In this document: piece after piece, positions 45,752 to 55,035 of the stretch | Layout: each line of letters begins with the position of its first letter | How positions within the stretch are numbered: position 1 is the stretch's first letter | IMG/VR virus record: IMGVR_UViG_3300033070_001154 | Coordinates: 9,440-73,439 of that record | DNA: 64,000 nt | DNA from: a virus | Lineage: Duplodnaviria > Caudoviricetes | Reading direction: 5' to 3' (one strand) | Made by a program: the position numbers and the translations under genes | The notes under the pieces: model-generated | The model's database searches: none | The model's input: the letters and a program-made list of their open reading frames with translations, nothing else | What the model was told of the DNA's origin: nothing

Positions 45752-45919
45752 TCAGTCTTTCTTCCCAGGACATTCCTGCTCCGCTAGCCCGCGCACTTCA
45801 TCGGTCTGGATGCGGTAGGCCCAGAAGAATGCCAGGCAGTGCTTGCACCGGATGCGGGTAGGAAGGGAGGAGCCGCCGTGCAGCTCGACCCCGATCTTGA
45901 GCTCCCACTCGTGCTTCAT
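45752..45919 (-). CDS. Small hypothetical protein
   Basis: MKHEW..CKHC.. 55 aa. Confidence 0.5.
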   Translation of the reverse strand: MKHEWELKIGVELHGGSSLPTRIRCKHCLAFFWAYRIQTDEVRGLAEQECPGKKD

Positions 45920-45921
45920 TG

Positions 45922-47283
45922 CTAGTCCTCCGAAAGGGCCGCGTACCCGAACTTCAGGTACGCGGCGTTCCTGCCCTCGGAGTGCCTTTCGAGCCAGATA
46001 CAGCTCTTGTGGGCCCCTCCGCATCCACAGCCTCGATCGTCGATGTCGTAGACCCGGAACTCGTCCTTGGTGGAGCCGTCCGCCTGGAATCTCCGGCTAC
46101 CACGTCCAACCTTCTGGATCACGTCGATGGTTGCCTTCCCTCCGGCCCCGTTGATCACCGTGTTGACCTCAGGGATGTCCACGCCCTGCCTGAAGATCGG
46201 GGTGGAGATCAGCGTCCCCACAGACCCCGCCTTGAAGGCCTCCAGGATGCTCTTGACCTGCTTCGAGGGCGTCTCGTCGTTCACCGTCAGGCAGTCCACC
46301 CCCAGCAGCTTCGCCAGGACGGCCTGGTGCTCCTTGGTCCGGACGAACACGATCCTCGGGGACTCGGAGGAGCAGACCAGACGTGCCAGCAGCAGGTTCC
46401 TGGCCTTGTTCCTGACGATGGCCCTGCGCTCCCACTGATCGTACCGACCGTTGGCCGGGTGGCAGGGATGCTGGAGCGGAACCATCCTCAATCTGCACCG
46501 GGCCACGATCCCGCGGTCCACTGCCTTTGCAGGAGTGAAACGGTGGATCACCTCCCCGAGGACCCCCACGATGTACAGGCTCTTCTTGTCCGCCCTCTCC
46601 ATCGGGGTCCCCGAGAACCCCAGTCGTATGGCCGCATTCACGCACCGCATCAGCGGCTCCAGAAGCGTAGGGCTCGGAACCCCATGACACTCATCAACCA
46701 GGACAGCTACGAAGCCCTCCAGGTCGTGCTTCTTCAGGGTCTTCAGGCTGGCGGCGATGCACACCACCACCCGAGGGCCCAGATCCCTCCGGCCATCCCC
46801 AACCCGTCCCGCCTTGATCCCGTGCTTCGCCAGCCGATCACACATCTCGATCAGGAGCTGCTTGGAAGGCACCACCACCAGGACACGCCCGATGATGTGC
46901 TTGCAGAGCACGGAGATGGTCGTGCCCTTGCCCGTGCCCGTCGCGTGCTGGATCACTCCCCGGTACCGACCCTGGAGAACCTCCATGATCGCATCACGCT
47001 GGTGCGGCCAGCAGACAGACAGGTCCACCTTCTCGGGCGGAACGATCACCCCCGGCAAAGCCCTCAGGATCCTCTGTGCTGGCGTCCCCCTCTCCCGAAG
47101 GGTGCGAACCACCATGTCCGAGAGACCTGCCGGGAAGAGCCCGTCAGGGGTCAGCAACGAGGCGCTGGTACCCTCCCCGGTGTGACGGCGGGAGGTGAAG
47201 GTCAGATAGGTACGGAGGAAGTCCAGCTCCTCGGGGGAGGCGTCCTTGACCCTGGCCCAGGCGTACCCGACCTGGATCAGCAC
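45922..47283 (-). CDS. Superfamily 2 helicase (UvsW/ResIII-like)
   Basis: ATGTGK, LVDECH, SGTP, FRQGVDIP, QKVGRGSR. Confidence 0.88.
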   Translation of the reverse strand: MLIQVGYAWARVKDASPEELDFLRTYLTFTSRRHTGEGTSASLLTPDGLFPAGLSDMVVRTLRERGTPAQRILRALPGVIVPPEKVDLSVCWPHQRDAIMEVLQGRYRGVIQHATGTGKGTTISVLCKHIIGRVLVVVPSKQLLIEMCDRLAKHGIKAGRVGDGRRDLGPRVVVCIAASLKTLKKHDLEGFVAVLVDECHGVPSPTLLEPLMRCVNAAIRLGFSGTPMERADKKSLYIVGVLGEVIHRFTPAKAVDRGIVARCRLRMVPLQHPCHPANGRYDQWERRAIVRNKARNLLLARLVCSSESPRIVFVRTKEHQAVLAKLLGVDCLTVNDETPSKQVKSILEAFKAGSVGTLISTPIFRQGVDIPEVNTVINGAGGKATIDVIQKVGRGSRRFQADGSTKDEFRVYDIDDRGCGCGGAHKSCIWLERHSEGRNAAYLKFGYAALSED

Positions 47284-47555
47284 CCCATCATCTCCGCGGT
47301 CAGACGGGCAGCCATTGCTTGGAACTGCTCCTCGTTGATCAGGCCGACTTTCCTGGCCCAGCGTAGACAGGCCCCCGGGTCCACTGTGGTCAGCCGATCG
47401 CCGGTTCCGTAACTCACCCACCTGGTCCCAGGAACAGGTAGCTTCATCCAGGCCCCCAATCTCCTGAAGTGTCTGAAGGTCATACGGATGTAGGACCGGA
47501 AGAAGTATTGATCCCCTTGAGCGTTCTGTAATACCAGATCTGTGACGAACTCCAT
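47277..47555 (-). CDS. Small protein of the C-terminal-tail family
   Basis: Ends TVDPGACLRWARKVGLINEEQFQAMAARLTAEMMGC; start uncertain. Confidence 0.6.
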   Translation of the reverse strand: MEFVTDLVLQNAQGDQYFFRSYIRMTFRHFRRLGAWMKLPVPGTRWVSYGTGDRLTTVDPGACLRWARKVGLINEEQFQAMAARLTAEMMGC

Positions 47556-47607
47556 GGGGGAGTAGTCAAGCCACAGCCTCTGGATCTTGGCGTTTGCCAG
47601 GGTGCGA

Positions 47608-47874
47608 TTACGCCGAGGCCTCATAGCGGCCCGTCTCCTTGTTGTAGGTGCGATTGGCCAGTTTGAACTCCACCACGTCATCCCCGAAGTAGCGCCTGAG
47701 GGCGGAGAGGTGGACGTAGTTCCGGCCCTCGAACATGACGAAGGTGAGCGTCCCGTCCTTCTTGCGGTTGAAGAGGGTCCTGCGGCTCACACCGAACACT
47801 TCGATCACGTCGTCCATGGCCATGTACTCGGGGCCCCAGGCCTTGATGTTGGGCCCGTGCTTGCTGTCACTCAT
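47608..47874 (-). CDS. Excisionase/MerR-like helix-turn-helix protein
   Basis: YMAMDDVIEVFGVSRRTLFNRKKDG. Confidence 0.7.
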   Translation of the reverse strand: MSDSKHGPNIKAWGPEYMAMDDVIEVFGVSRRTLFNRKKDGTLTFVMFEGRNYVHLSALRRYFGDDVVEFKLANRTYNKETGRYEASA

Positions 47875-48413
47875 CGTCTCTTCCTTAGCTCTCCGACCAC
47901 CCAGCTCCTGGCAGCCCGAAAGTCCGTCTCGCTCATCCCGAGCAGATCCGAAGCCTCCGAGGTCGTCACCGCCCCCACCAGAGACGCTGCCAGGACCCTC
48001 GCACCTTCCGGTCCCGCCAGCTCCTCCATGTGGACAAGCAACTCCCTGCATTCTGTTGCACACTCTTGCCACAGTGTCGAGCGCCCATCGCTCTGGATGT
48101 CTTCGTATTCGACCGCATGCACCGATTCACCGAGCTCGTAGGCGTCCCTGTGGACCTTGAGGGGTGTGCCCAGCTTGAGCAGCTCCCGGAGCATGGCGTA
48201 CCGAACCGGGGTGTAGAGGTGCGTGATCCACTGGGAGCGGGATTCGTCATACCGCTCGTGCGCCTGGATGGCAGCCAGGAGGCCGGCCTGTCGCAGGTCC
48301 CACAGCTCCACCCCCCGACGGCGAGCGTGCTTGGAGAACTTCTTGGCGAACTTCTCCACTGCATCCTGGGCAACGGATAGCTGCTCAGGGGAAGGACGCT
48401 TCGTTGGCGGCAT
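47871..48413 (-). CDS. RNA polymerase sigma-70 family factor
   Basis: Region 2 DLRQAGLLAAIQAHERYDESRSQWITHL; region 4 HTH-like SEASDLLGMS. Confidence 0.75.
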   Translation of the reverse strand: MPPTKRPSPEQLSVAQDAVEKFAKKFSKHARRRGVELWDLRQAGLLAAIQAHERYDESRSQWITHLYTPVRYAMLRELLKLGTPLKVHRDAYELGESVHAVEYEDIQSDGRSTLWQECATECRELLVHMEELAGPEGARVLAASLVGAVTTSEASDLLGMSETDFRAARSWVVGELRKRR

Positions 48414-48422
48414 GGTATCTCC

Positions 48423-48752
48423 CTAATCACCCATCAGACGGAGTGTGAGCTTCGCCAGAGCGAGCTCCTTCATCTCGGGCGAGATGGTCCCGTGTGCGAC
48501 CAGCCAGTCCAGAAGGACGAGCTGGTCCACCCCGAAGATGCATTCGACATTGCCGAATCGCTTGGGGGTCGCAAAGGGCTGATCCAATAGCTCCAGCGGG
48601 AACGCTATCCCGTCGTCGCCACAGACAGTCCACGAATCCCGATACGCACTTGTGGCCAGGCCGGGAGTGCTCTCCGTGTAGCTCTCCTCCGTCTCTGCCA
48701 GGAAGCGACAGAGCGTACAGACCTCGTTGAGCGCCTGATTCTTGGTGGCCAT
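48423..48752 (-). CDS. Small protein of the C-terminal-tail family
   Basis: Ends GVDQLVLLDWLVAHGTISPEMKELALAKLTLRLMGD. Confidence 0.7.
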   Translation of the reverse strand: MATKNQALNEVCTLCRFLAETEESYTESTPGLATSAYRDSWTVCGDDGIAFPLELLDQPFATPKRFGNVECIFGVDQLVLLDWLVAHGTISPEMKELALAKLTLRLMGD

Positions 48753-48753
48753 G

Positions 48754-49083
48754 TCACCCGTCCTCCATCAGCTCCAGGGTTCTCCGCGCTCGTAGGCTGT
48801 CTCGCTCCCCCATTCCGATGGCCCCGATGGAGTGAAACCAGTCCAGGGCTTCGTCGAAGTCCACCCCGTAGTACGATTCTAGCCCAGAGTACTGGCAGAT
48901 GCGCGGGACCATGAATGGCTGCGAGCGCAGCTCGTGCAGGTCAATACGCATCCCGGCGAAGCGGAGGGACGCACACCACTCTGGCATGGCGGATACGAGC
49001 ACTCCCGCGTAGTCGCTGTCTGCGCTCCGCTCTGGCTCAGTAAGGAAGCTCAGGAACCTGTAGATGCGCTCCGGACCCGTCAC
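48754..49083 (-). CDS. Small protein of the C-terminal-tail family
   Basis: GTGA-coupled; ends GVDFDEALDWFHSIGAIGMGERDSLRARRTLELMEDG. Confidence 0.7.
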   Translation of the reverse strand: MTGPERIYRFLSFLTEPERSADSDYAGVLVSAMPEWCASLRFAGMRIDLHELRSQPFMVPRICQYSGLESYYGVDFDEALDWFHSIGAIGMGERDSLRARRTLELMEDG

Positions 49084-49274
49084 ACATCCTCCAACAGCCC
49101 CAGGGTCAGCTCGGCCTGGAACCACTTGTAGAGCTGTGACCGCATCCAGTTGTAGTTGGCGCCCTTGGGGTCGAGCATCCTCTTCACGGCGTTACAGACC
49201 GCGTTCCGCTTGAGCCGCTCTTGCATGGCGATCCTCTTTCGATCCTGGGAGCGGACCAGCAGGGCCGGTTTCAT
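49080..49274 (-). CDS. Small protein of the C-terminal-tail family (short tail)
   Basis: Ends LYKWFQAELTLGLLEDV. Confidence 0.6.
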   Translation of the reverse strand: MKPALLVRSQDRKRIAMQERLKRNAVCNAVKRMLDPKGANYNWMRSQLYKWFQAELTLGLLEDV

Positions 49275-49598
49275 TCATCCCTCCACACAGGACAGGAGCA
49301 CTGCGGCGTTGAACCAGAGCACCTCCTCTTCGCTCATCCTGAGAGCGTTGATGAGGAAGTCAGCCCAGGCTCCGGTGTCCTTGGCATAGATGTAGGTGGT
49401 ACTCCTGATCGTGTCTCGGGCGAAGAGATCGCTCTCCCACCAGAGCCTGGGCATTCCCAGTTCGTAACAGGCTGCCCATGCTGTGCCGTTCTCGCTCAGG
49501 GAGCATCTACCCCCTGGGCGGGCCTCCGGACCCTGGACGACTTCGTAGAGATTGAGCACCTCCCGTTTCCAGGCGGTGCTCATCCTGTCGAGTCGCAC
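49275..49598 (-). CDS. Small protein, divergent C-terminal-tail family member
   Basis: Ends WADFLINALRMSEEEVLWFNAAVLLSCVEG. Confidence 0.6.
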   Translation of the reverse strand: MRLDRMSTAWKREVLNLYEVVQGPEARPGGRCSLSENGTAWAACYELGMPRLWWESDLFARDTIRSTTYIYAKDTGAWADFLINALRMSEEEVLWFNAAVLLSCVEG

Positions 49599-49599
49599 G

Positions 49600-50520
49600 T
49601 CAGCCCTCGATGGCTCCGGAGGCGAGGGCGGCGAAGCCGATCTGGAGTCCGGAGAGGGACTGGCGAAGCTCCCCGAGCTTGGTGTCGAAGATGGCCTCGT
49701 AGCGCTCCACCACCTCGCACTGGTGGGTGATGATCTTCATCCGGGCGTCCAGGACCCGACCCTGGATGGTGCGCTTCTTGGGGTCCGGGTCGGACTTGAT
49801 GGCCTTGTACTTCTGGAGGTCCTCCTTGAGCTCCTCCATGGCCGTCTCGGTGTACTTCTTCACCGACTCCAGGACGCACTCCATGGCCTGTTCCGACCTC
49901 ATGGCGGGGATCTCGTACAACCTGGCCCCGTAGGGGTGGAGCACCTCGCGCAGGACCCGCCAGGTCTTCACCTCCTCCGGGCCGATGAAGTAGGTCCCCG
50001 CCCCGCCGATGGTGGGCACGCCCTTGAGCATCGTCTTCACGAAGCCCACGAGCCAGTTGCTGACCTCCGTCCCGCCGAGGGTGGCCAGGGCCGCGGGGTA
50101 GAGCACCTCCACGTCGTCCCTGGAGTTCTGCGGGGCCGACTCGGAGAAGAACAGGCTGGTCTCCCCGCTCGTCCCGTCCTTGTCCAGGCCGCAGGCCCAG
50201 GATTCCACGAAGGCCACCTTCTTGGTCGCGCTCTCCTCCTTCGGGAGCACACCGTAGGCGGGCATCTTCGACCTGTTGGGGTTGGGCACCGGCTTCACCA
50301 GCTGGTCCCTCTTCTGGAAGAGCGAGGTCATCACCCGCAGGAGCGCCGCCGCCGGGGTGGCCGGCTCCGGGAGCATGGTGATGCCCGCAGCGGTCAGCTT
50401 CTGGCAGAGCTCGTTGTGGTCGATCTCCTCCCCCAGCTTCCAGGACACCGAAGCCCCGGCAATGCCGCTCTTGAGCATGTCATCCGACACCTGGATCAGC
50501 CCGATCGTCTCGTTCTTCAT
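49600..50520 (-). CDS. Uncharacterised 306-aa protein (DUF3150/DUF6744-like by eye)
   Basis: GASVSWKL..GGAGTYFIGP, C-terminal coiled coil; extreme GC3 bias; family call tentative. Confidence 0.6.
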   Translation of the reverse strand: MKNETIGLIQVSDDMLKSGIAGASVSWKLGEEIDHNELCQKLTAAGITMLPEPATPAAALLRVMTSLFQKRDQLVKPVPNPNRSKMPAYGVLPKEESATKKVAFVESWACGLDKDGTSGETSLFFSESAPQNSRDDVEVLYPAALATLGGTEVSNWLVGFVKTMLKGVPTIGGAGTYFIGPEEVKTWRVLREVLHPYGARLYEIPAMRSEQAMECVLESVKKYTETAMEELKEDLQKYKAIKSDPDPKKRTIQGRVLDARMKIITHQCEVVERYEAIFDTKLGELRQSLSGLQIGFAALASGAIEG

Positions 50521-50523
50521 CGT

Positions 50524-50534
50524 TGTACCCTCTC
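50524..50534 (-). promoter_or_regulatory. Leader motif GAGAGGGTACA, copy 1
   Basis: Directly upstream of ATG 50520. Confidence 0.6.
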
Positions 50535-50811
50535 ATCCTTCCATCAGGGCCAGAGCGTCCTTCGCATCCAGCCACATCCGTTGTTCCTCGGAGAGAATCC
50601 CGTGCTCCACCAACCAACCGAGCAGGGCATCCCGATCTTCCGACCACATCCTGTTGGTCCGGGTCGTACTCATCCAGGGCTGCTTCAGGATGTTGCGCCT
50701 GTAGGGCTCCAGACTTCCCCACCGCGTCCCAGGGTTGGCACCGCGGTTGTACCTAGCCTCGGGGCCTTCCATGAGCCAAATCAGGATCTTCTCACCCCAT
50801 TCGTCGATCAT
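50533..50811 (-). CDS. Small protein of the C-terminal-tail family
   Basis: Ends DRDALLGWLVEHGILSEEQRMWLDAKDALALMEG. Confidence 0.7.
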   Translation of the reverse strand: MIDEWGEKILIWLMEGPEARYNRGANPGTRWGSLEPYRRNILKQPWMSTTRTNRMWSEDRDALLGWLVEHGILSEEQRMWLDAKDALALMEG

Positions 50812-51095
50812 CCGACCGTCCCCATGAGCAGGGTGGCGTTCACCATGTTCCAGTCGTCCTCGGTGAGCCCACCCTGCTCCCTCACCAGCCGCTCCAGAGC
50901 AGCTAAGTCTTCGATCATCAGGATGCAGCTCCTGCCGCCGTCGTCCCTGTGACCCCAGGTACCCTCAGGGTACACACCCTGTGGTAGCCCGAGGTCCTTG
51001 AACACTAGTTCGCAGTACCGCTGGGAAGCTCTCCCGACAGTCGGGAGTTCGAGCGTCTCCAGGAAGTCCAGGTACGACTGCGCTCTGGTCTTCAT
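50808..51095 (-). CDS. Small protein, divergent C-terminal-tail family member
   Basis: Ends EDLAALERLVREQGGLTEDDWNMVNATLLMGTVG; start ATG 51095 after GGAG. Confidence 0.6.
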   Translation of the reverse strand: MKTRAQSYLDFLETLELPTVGRASQRYCELVFKDLGLPQGVYPEGTWGHRDDGGRSCILMIEDLAALERLVREQGGLTEDDWNMVNATLLMGTVG

Positions 51096-51144
51096 CAGGG
51101 CTCCATGAGCTTGAGCGCCAAGCTCGCGGCTTTGCTGGTCCCCG

Positions 51145-52494
51145 TCAGGGGGACGGCGGGAGGTCATCATCCACCATCCTGAGGATGCGGCCCCAGCCCT
51201 GCTCGACGGAGCGGGCCACGTCGTTCTCGCTTCCGTTGGGGGTGATCACCCAGATCACGGGGTAGCCCCTGTACTCCCCAGGGGAGCCGATCCAGCCATC
51301 GGTGAGGCAGACGCCCACGTCGATGTTCTTCTTCTGGAGCAGGTCCAGGGCGGCGTTCATGTCCGTGCCGCCTCCGCCCGTCATCTGGGAGGTGATCTGC
51401 TGGACGGTGCCAACCCTGCCCCCATCGGTGACCTGGGTATCGCAGAAGGCGACCTCCACATCGGCATTGAGGTGGGCGATCAGGCCCATGATCTCGGAGA
51501 CGCACATCCCGAGCGTGCCCCCCATGGAGCCGGAGGTGTCCTGGATGACTCCGACCCTCGGGACGAACTCCACCAGGCCCGGCAACCTGGCCTTGCCGAT
51601 CCCATGGCCGATACCCGCCTGCCTCCGGGAGGGCGTGGTCCAGATGGCGTCCTCGGCGCCGCTACGGTGCTCGATGTCGGTGCAGACCATCGAGCGGAGG
51701 GCGTCCGTCCAGTGGACACGAGGGGGCTTGAGACCGTCCTCGATCTCCAGCAGCAGGCCGGCGGGGACGCTGCCACGGTTCTGCTCCTCGTGGCGCTGCG
51801 CCTTCTCCATCGCGGACTTGACGATCCGCTCGGTCCTGGCCTCGGTCCAGCCGCCCGTCTTGTCCGCGACCGCCTGGGCGGACTCAGAGAGCTCGTCACC
51901 CTCCTGTGGAGCGCACCCCTGACCCGGCTGTCCGGTCCCCTGACCATCCCCGAGCTTCGGGAGCTTCCCGGCCTTCTTCTTCTGCTTGAGGAGGCCGTAG
52001 TAGGCCTCGAAGGTGAGACCATCTTCGAGCCCGAAGTCGGAGGGGAAGACACCAGTGAGCTTGCCAGTCGGGGGCGTGATCCCCATGGAACCCGCCCGGA
52101 CCTTCTCGGCAGCCGCCTTGAGCGAGGGGTTGATGGACAGGTCCAAGGCGATGCCAACGAGCCGGAGATCCGCGTCCGGCTCCCGGAGCAGCACCTTCCG
52201 CTTCCTCTTGGCGTGGTTCATGAGGACGTGGAAGGCCTCGTGGGCAATCACGAAGGCCAGCGCCTTGATCCCTCCGCACTCCACGATCTCCAGCAGGAAC
52301 TGCGGATGCACCAGCATCTGCGCCCGCTCCGTCACGGCCATGGTGGGCATCCCGCCCGGGGTGACGATCCGCTCGTCCACGGCGTAGCCCATGGAGACGA
52401 TCACCGTTTCCAGGTACGGAAACGTCCGCACCGCTGCTGCCCGCGCCAGCAGGAACCGCTCGCTCGGTGTCCTCGAAACCTTCACGTCTGCCAT
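51145..52494 (-). CDS. VWA-domain protein with N-terminal putative metallopeptidase (DUF2201-like)
   Basis: AHEAFH (HExxH); MIDAS DTSGSM, GGGGTD, TDG. Confidence 0.85.
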   Translation of the reverse strand: MADVKVSRTPSERFLLARAAAVRTFPYLETVIVSMGYAVDERIVTPGGMPTMAVTERAQMLVHPQFLLEIVECGGIKALAFVIAHEAFHVLMNHAKRKRKVLLREPDADLRLVGIALDLSINPSLKAAAEKVRAGSMGITPPTGKLTGVFPSDFGLEDGLTFEAYYGLLKQKKKAGKLPKLGDGQGTGQPGQGCAPQEGDELSESAQAVADKTGGWTEARTERIVKSAMEKAQRHEEQNRGSVPAGLLLEIEDGLKPPRVHWTDALRSMVCTDIEHRSGAEDAIWTTPSRRQAGIGHGIGKARLPGLVEFVPRVGVIQDTSGSMGGTLGMCVSEIMGLIAHLNADVEVAFCDTQVTDGGRVGTVQQITSQMTGGGGTDMNAALDLLQKKNIDVGVCLTDGWIGSPGEYRGYPVIWVITPNGSENDVARSVEQGWGRILRMVDDDLPPSP

Positions 52495-52679
52495 AGCTCT
52501 CTCCTCAGCTCATCTGCGATGGCCGTCCTGAACCAGGCGGCCCCAATGCAATCTTCAAGTTCCCGACAGTGCAGCGTGGCGACGTGTCGGATGAGCGGGT
52601 CTTTGCGCTCTATGAGGATGTCCGCGTGGTTGCGGAGCCGTCTCATCAGGTGGTTTTCCCACCGCTTGATCAGGGGCAT
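52482..52679 (-). CDS. Hypothetical protein
   Basis: MPLIKRW.. 65 aa. Confidence 0.5.
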   Translation of the reverse strand: MPLIKRWENHLMRRLRNHADILIERKDPLIRHVATLHCRELEDCIGAAWFRTAIADELRRELWQT

Positions 52680-52966
52680 GGCTCGTCGCTCCCCATCAGA
52701 TGTGCCGTGTAGAGCTGGAGCAGGAACTCCCCCGCTTCCCCTGGGATGGAAGCAAAGAAGGCATTGGGGTCGTGGATGACCAGGACCTGCTCCCCCGGCT
52801 TGTACTCGTATGTGGAAGTTCTCCACTCGGCTCCTGGAGCAGGAGTGGGAATGTCCAGGCCGTTCTCGTTGTACGCCTCCACGCTGTCTTCGGACATCAC
52901 CCACTGGGGCTTGTTCAACAGGTGCTGCATCAGCCCCTTACAGAGTGTGAGCATGTAGGGCGCCAC
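52670..52966 (-). CDS. Small protein, paralog of 52968-53267
   Basis: GLDIPTPA..GEQVLVI..AFFASIPGEAGEFLLQLYTAHLMG. Confidence 0.65.
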   Translation of the reverse strand: MAPYMLTLCKGLMQHLLNKPQWVMSEDSVEAYNENGLDIPTPAPGAEWRTSTYEYKPGEQVLVIHDPNAFFASIPGEAGEFLLQLYTAHLMGSDEPCP

Positions 52967-52967
52967 T

Positions 52968-53267
52968 TCACTCCTCCATGAGGTTCCGGGTGTAGACCAG
53001 CCTAAGCAGGTCGCCGCCGGGTCCTCCGACTGATTCGATGAAGGCGGCCCGGTTGGTGACCCTGACGACCCGCTCCCCATGCATCCATGCGTGCTCGGAG
53101 ACTGCGTACTCCATGCCGTTGTCTGTAGCAGGCTCGGGGATGTGGAATCCCCTATCCCTGCAATCCTCGATGTACCATATGGCCAGGACATCAGCAGGCT
53201 CCATGTCCAGGACCTCGACCATGTCTATGGCCCAGTCCATGGAGGACATGCTACTGTCAGTCGCCAT
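52968..53267 (-). CDS. Small protein, paralog of 52670-52966
   Basis: GFHIPEPA..GERVVRV..AFIESVGGPGGDLLRLVYTRNLMEE. Confidence 0.65.
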   Translation of the reverse strand: MATDSSMSSMDWAIDMVEVLDMEPADVLAIWYIEDCRDRGFHIPEPATDNGMEYAVSEHAWMHGERVVRVTNRAAFIESVGGPGGDLLRLVYTRNLMEE

Positions 53268-54549
53268 CGCCTCCGGAGGCGATCCGGGCGGTGAGGGCCC
53301 GGTAGTCCGCGGTGAACTTCTGGCCGTCGGGCGAGGACAGGTCGGAGAGGTCGCCCGTCTCCGTCGCGTTCTTCAGGATCAGCTTCGCGCCGGAGAGGAC
53401 GGTCTCCAGTCCGGAGATGGGCGAGAGGTGCAGGGCGTGCTTCCAGAAGGCCGCGACCCGACGCTTCCTCTCCGGCGAGCCCTTGGGGAGGGCGAGGATG
53501 TGGGTCGCGCTGCCCGTCATGATGACCAGCGTCCTGTCGTCCCGACCCCTCTCGAACTTGGGGGCGGCGTCTCCGATGAGCTTCCCGTCCAGCCAGAGGC
53601 CGTAGTCGGGGATGTCCTGCTCGCGGAGCCACTCCATCAGCTCGCCGCCGATGGGGCCGACGCAGCCACGGATGAGCTCCCCGAGCTCCAGGTCGTCGCT
53701 CTCGTGCTCCTTGCAGGAGATCATCCCCAGGTGCCGGAGCGTGCGGTAGGTCGCCAGCACGTCCGCCACGTTGGTCCACGACCGGGGCGAGGGCCAGGGT
53801 CCATCCGACATGGGGCTGTTGGGCTCCGGCTGCTTGTGCAGGATGTCGCCCTTCGCGCCGTCGTATCGGGCCACGAAGCCCCCGAAAATCTCCGCCATGG
53901 CCCGACCACGCTGGGCCTGTCGGTCGGCCAGGACAGCCGCCTCGATCTTGCCGAACTCCATCCTGTACCCGGAGTAGTCGGGCTCGATGCGGTCCGCGAA
54001 GGCCGACTCCGCGCTGGAGGCGACGCCGTACTGCATCATCTCCTCCGCCGTCGGGGAGGGCCACCGGATGTGGCAGGCCCGGTTGGCCTCCGGGGCGCTG
54101 AGGGGCCGACCGTTCACGGCCTCCTTGGTGGCGTTGCTGGCCGCCCAGACACGCACTCCCACCGGAGTGGTCGCGTCCCCGAACATCCGCTCCTGGAAGA
54201 GGCCCAGCAGGGCCGGACGGACGATGCCCGGGGCCGACCGCAGCTCGTCCACCAGGATCAGCCCGTGGCCCACCTCGATGAGCCTGTCGATGTCGTCGTT
54301 GATCGGGAACTTGAGCACGTCCCGGTTGTGCTTGTTGGTGTACGGGACGGGAACGACCCCGAAGTACCCGTCCCCCTTCTGGCCGGGGCTGAGGTGCAGG
54401 AAGGGGGAGAGAAAGTGCTTCGCCCATGCCTTGTTCTTGGCGGTCTTGGCCAGCCCCGGCGAGCCCGTCCAGAGGACGGGGAGGCCCCACCCACCAGAGA
54501 CCGGGGTGAACCACGCAAGGAAGGCGACCTTATCGTACTTGATGCCCAT
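53257..54549 (-). CDS. MoxR-like AAA+ ATPase
   Basis: Walker A GSPGLAKT, Walker B ILVDE, sensor AASN, Arg finger ANR. Confidence 0.85.
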   Translation of the reverse strand: MGIKYDKVAFLAWFTPVSGGWGLPVLWTGSPGLAKTAKNKAWAKHFLSPFLHLSPGQKGDGYFGVVPVPYTNKHNRDVLKFPINDDIDRLIEVGHGLILVDELRSAPGIVRPALLGLFQERMFGDATTPVGVRVWAASNATKEAVNGRPLSAPEANRACHIRWPSPTAEEMMQYGVASSAESAFADRIEPDYSGYRMEFGKIEAAVLADRQAQRGRAMAEIFGGFVARYDGAKGDILHKQPEPNSPMSDGPWPSPRSWTNVADVLATYRTLRHLGMISCKEHESDDLELGELIRGCVGPIGGELMEWLREQDIPDYGLWLDGKLIGDAAPKFERGRDDRTLVIMTGSATHILALPKGSPERKRRVAAFWKHALHLSPISGLETVLSGAKLILKNATETGDLSDLSSPDGQKFTADYRALTARIASGGDGD

Positions 54550-54553
54550 GATG

Positions 54554-54564
54554 TGTACCCTCTC
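54554..54564 (-). promoter_or_regulatory. Leader motif GAGAGGGTACA, copy 2
   Basis: Directly upstream of the AAA+ ATG 54549. Confidence 0.6.
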
Positions 54565-54600
54565 TACTCAGACGTTACAGAAGCGAGACAAGGAGTGCTG

Positions 54601-55026
54601 CTAGAGCTCGTTCCTTGCTCCGGTGAAAACTACTCTGTGCTCATTCCTCCAGAGCCAGACACGGCCCCTGGACAGGACGTACTCAACCTTGCGGTCCTCA
54701 TTATCACTGTCGTAGGTGACAATCCTGCTGCCCACCCTGAGCAACGGGGCGAGCTCCTTGATCATCGTCTCGTACTCTCTGGGGAGCTCGCCCTGATCCG
54801 TGTACACCGCGTAGGCGCCAGGGAGTTTGTAGTGAGGCTGCAAGTCCAGCTCACATAGGCCGAAGAGTTGCTGGAGCGTCATGCTCATCAGGCTCTCCAT
54901 GTCGGGCTTGTCCGAGGAGAGCCCAATAGCCTCGTAGAGGTGCACGATCCTGGTAGCTACTTCCAGCAGGTGCTTCTCGTGGTCGCGCCTTAGGAGCAGC
55001 TTGGAGGAGAAGATACGAGTTCCCAT
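54601..55026 (-). CDS. Hypothetical protein
   Basis: 141 aa. Confidence 0.6.
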   Translation of the reverse strand: MGTRIFSSKLLLRRDHEKHLLEVATRIVHLYEAIGLSSDKPDMESLMSMTLQQLFGLCELDLQPHYKLPGAYAVYTDQGELPREYETMIKELAPLLRVGSRIVTYDSDNEDRKVEYVLSRGRVWLWRNEHRVVFTGARNEL

Positions 55027-55035
55027 GGGCGGCTC

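Noticed and set aside
47608-47874. Excisionase-like HTH as evidence of a temperate lifestyle
   Set aside because: No integrase, repressor or att site in the window; this fold is common in lytic phages
54563-54630. Possible -1 frame tail ERALAALLVSLL after ORF 54601-55026, resembling the family tail
   Set aside because: Similarity is too weak (no W, G, TL or M) and slippage evidence is minimal
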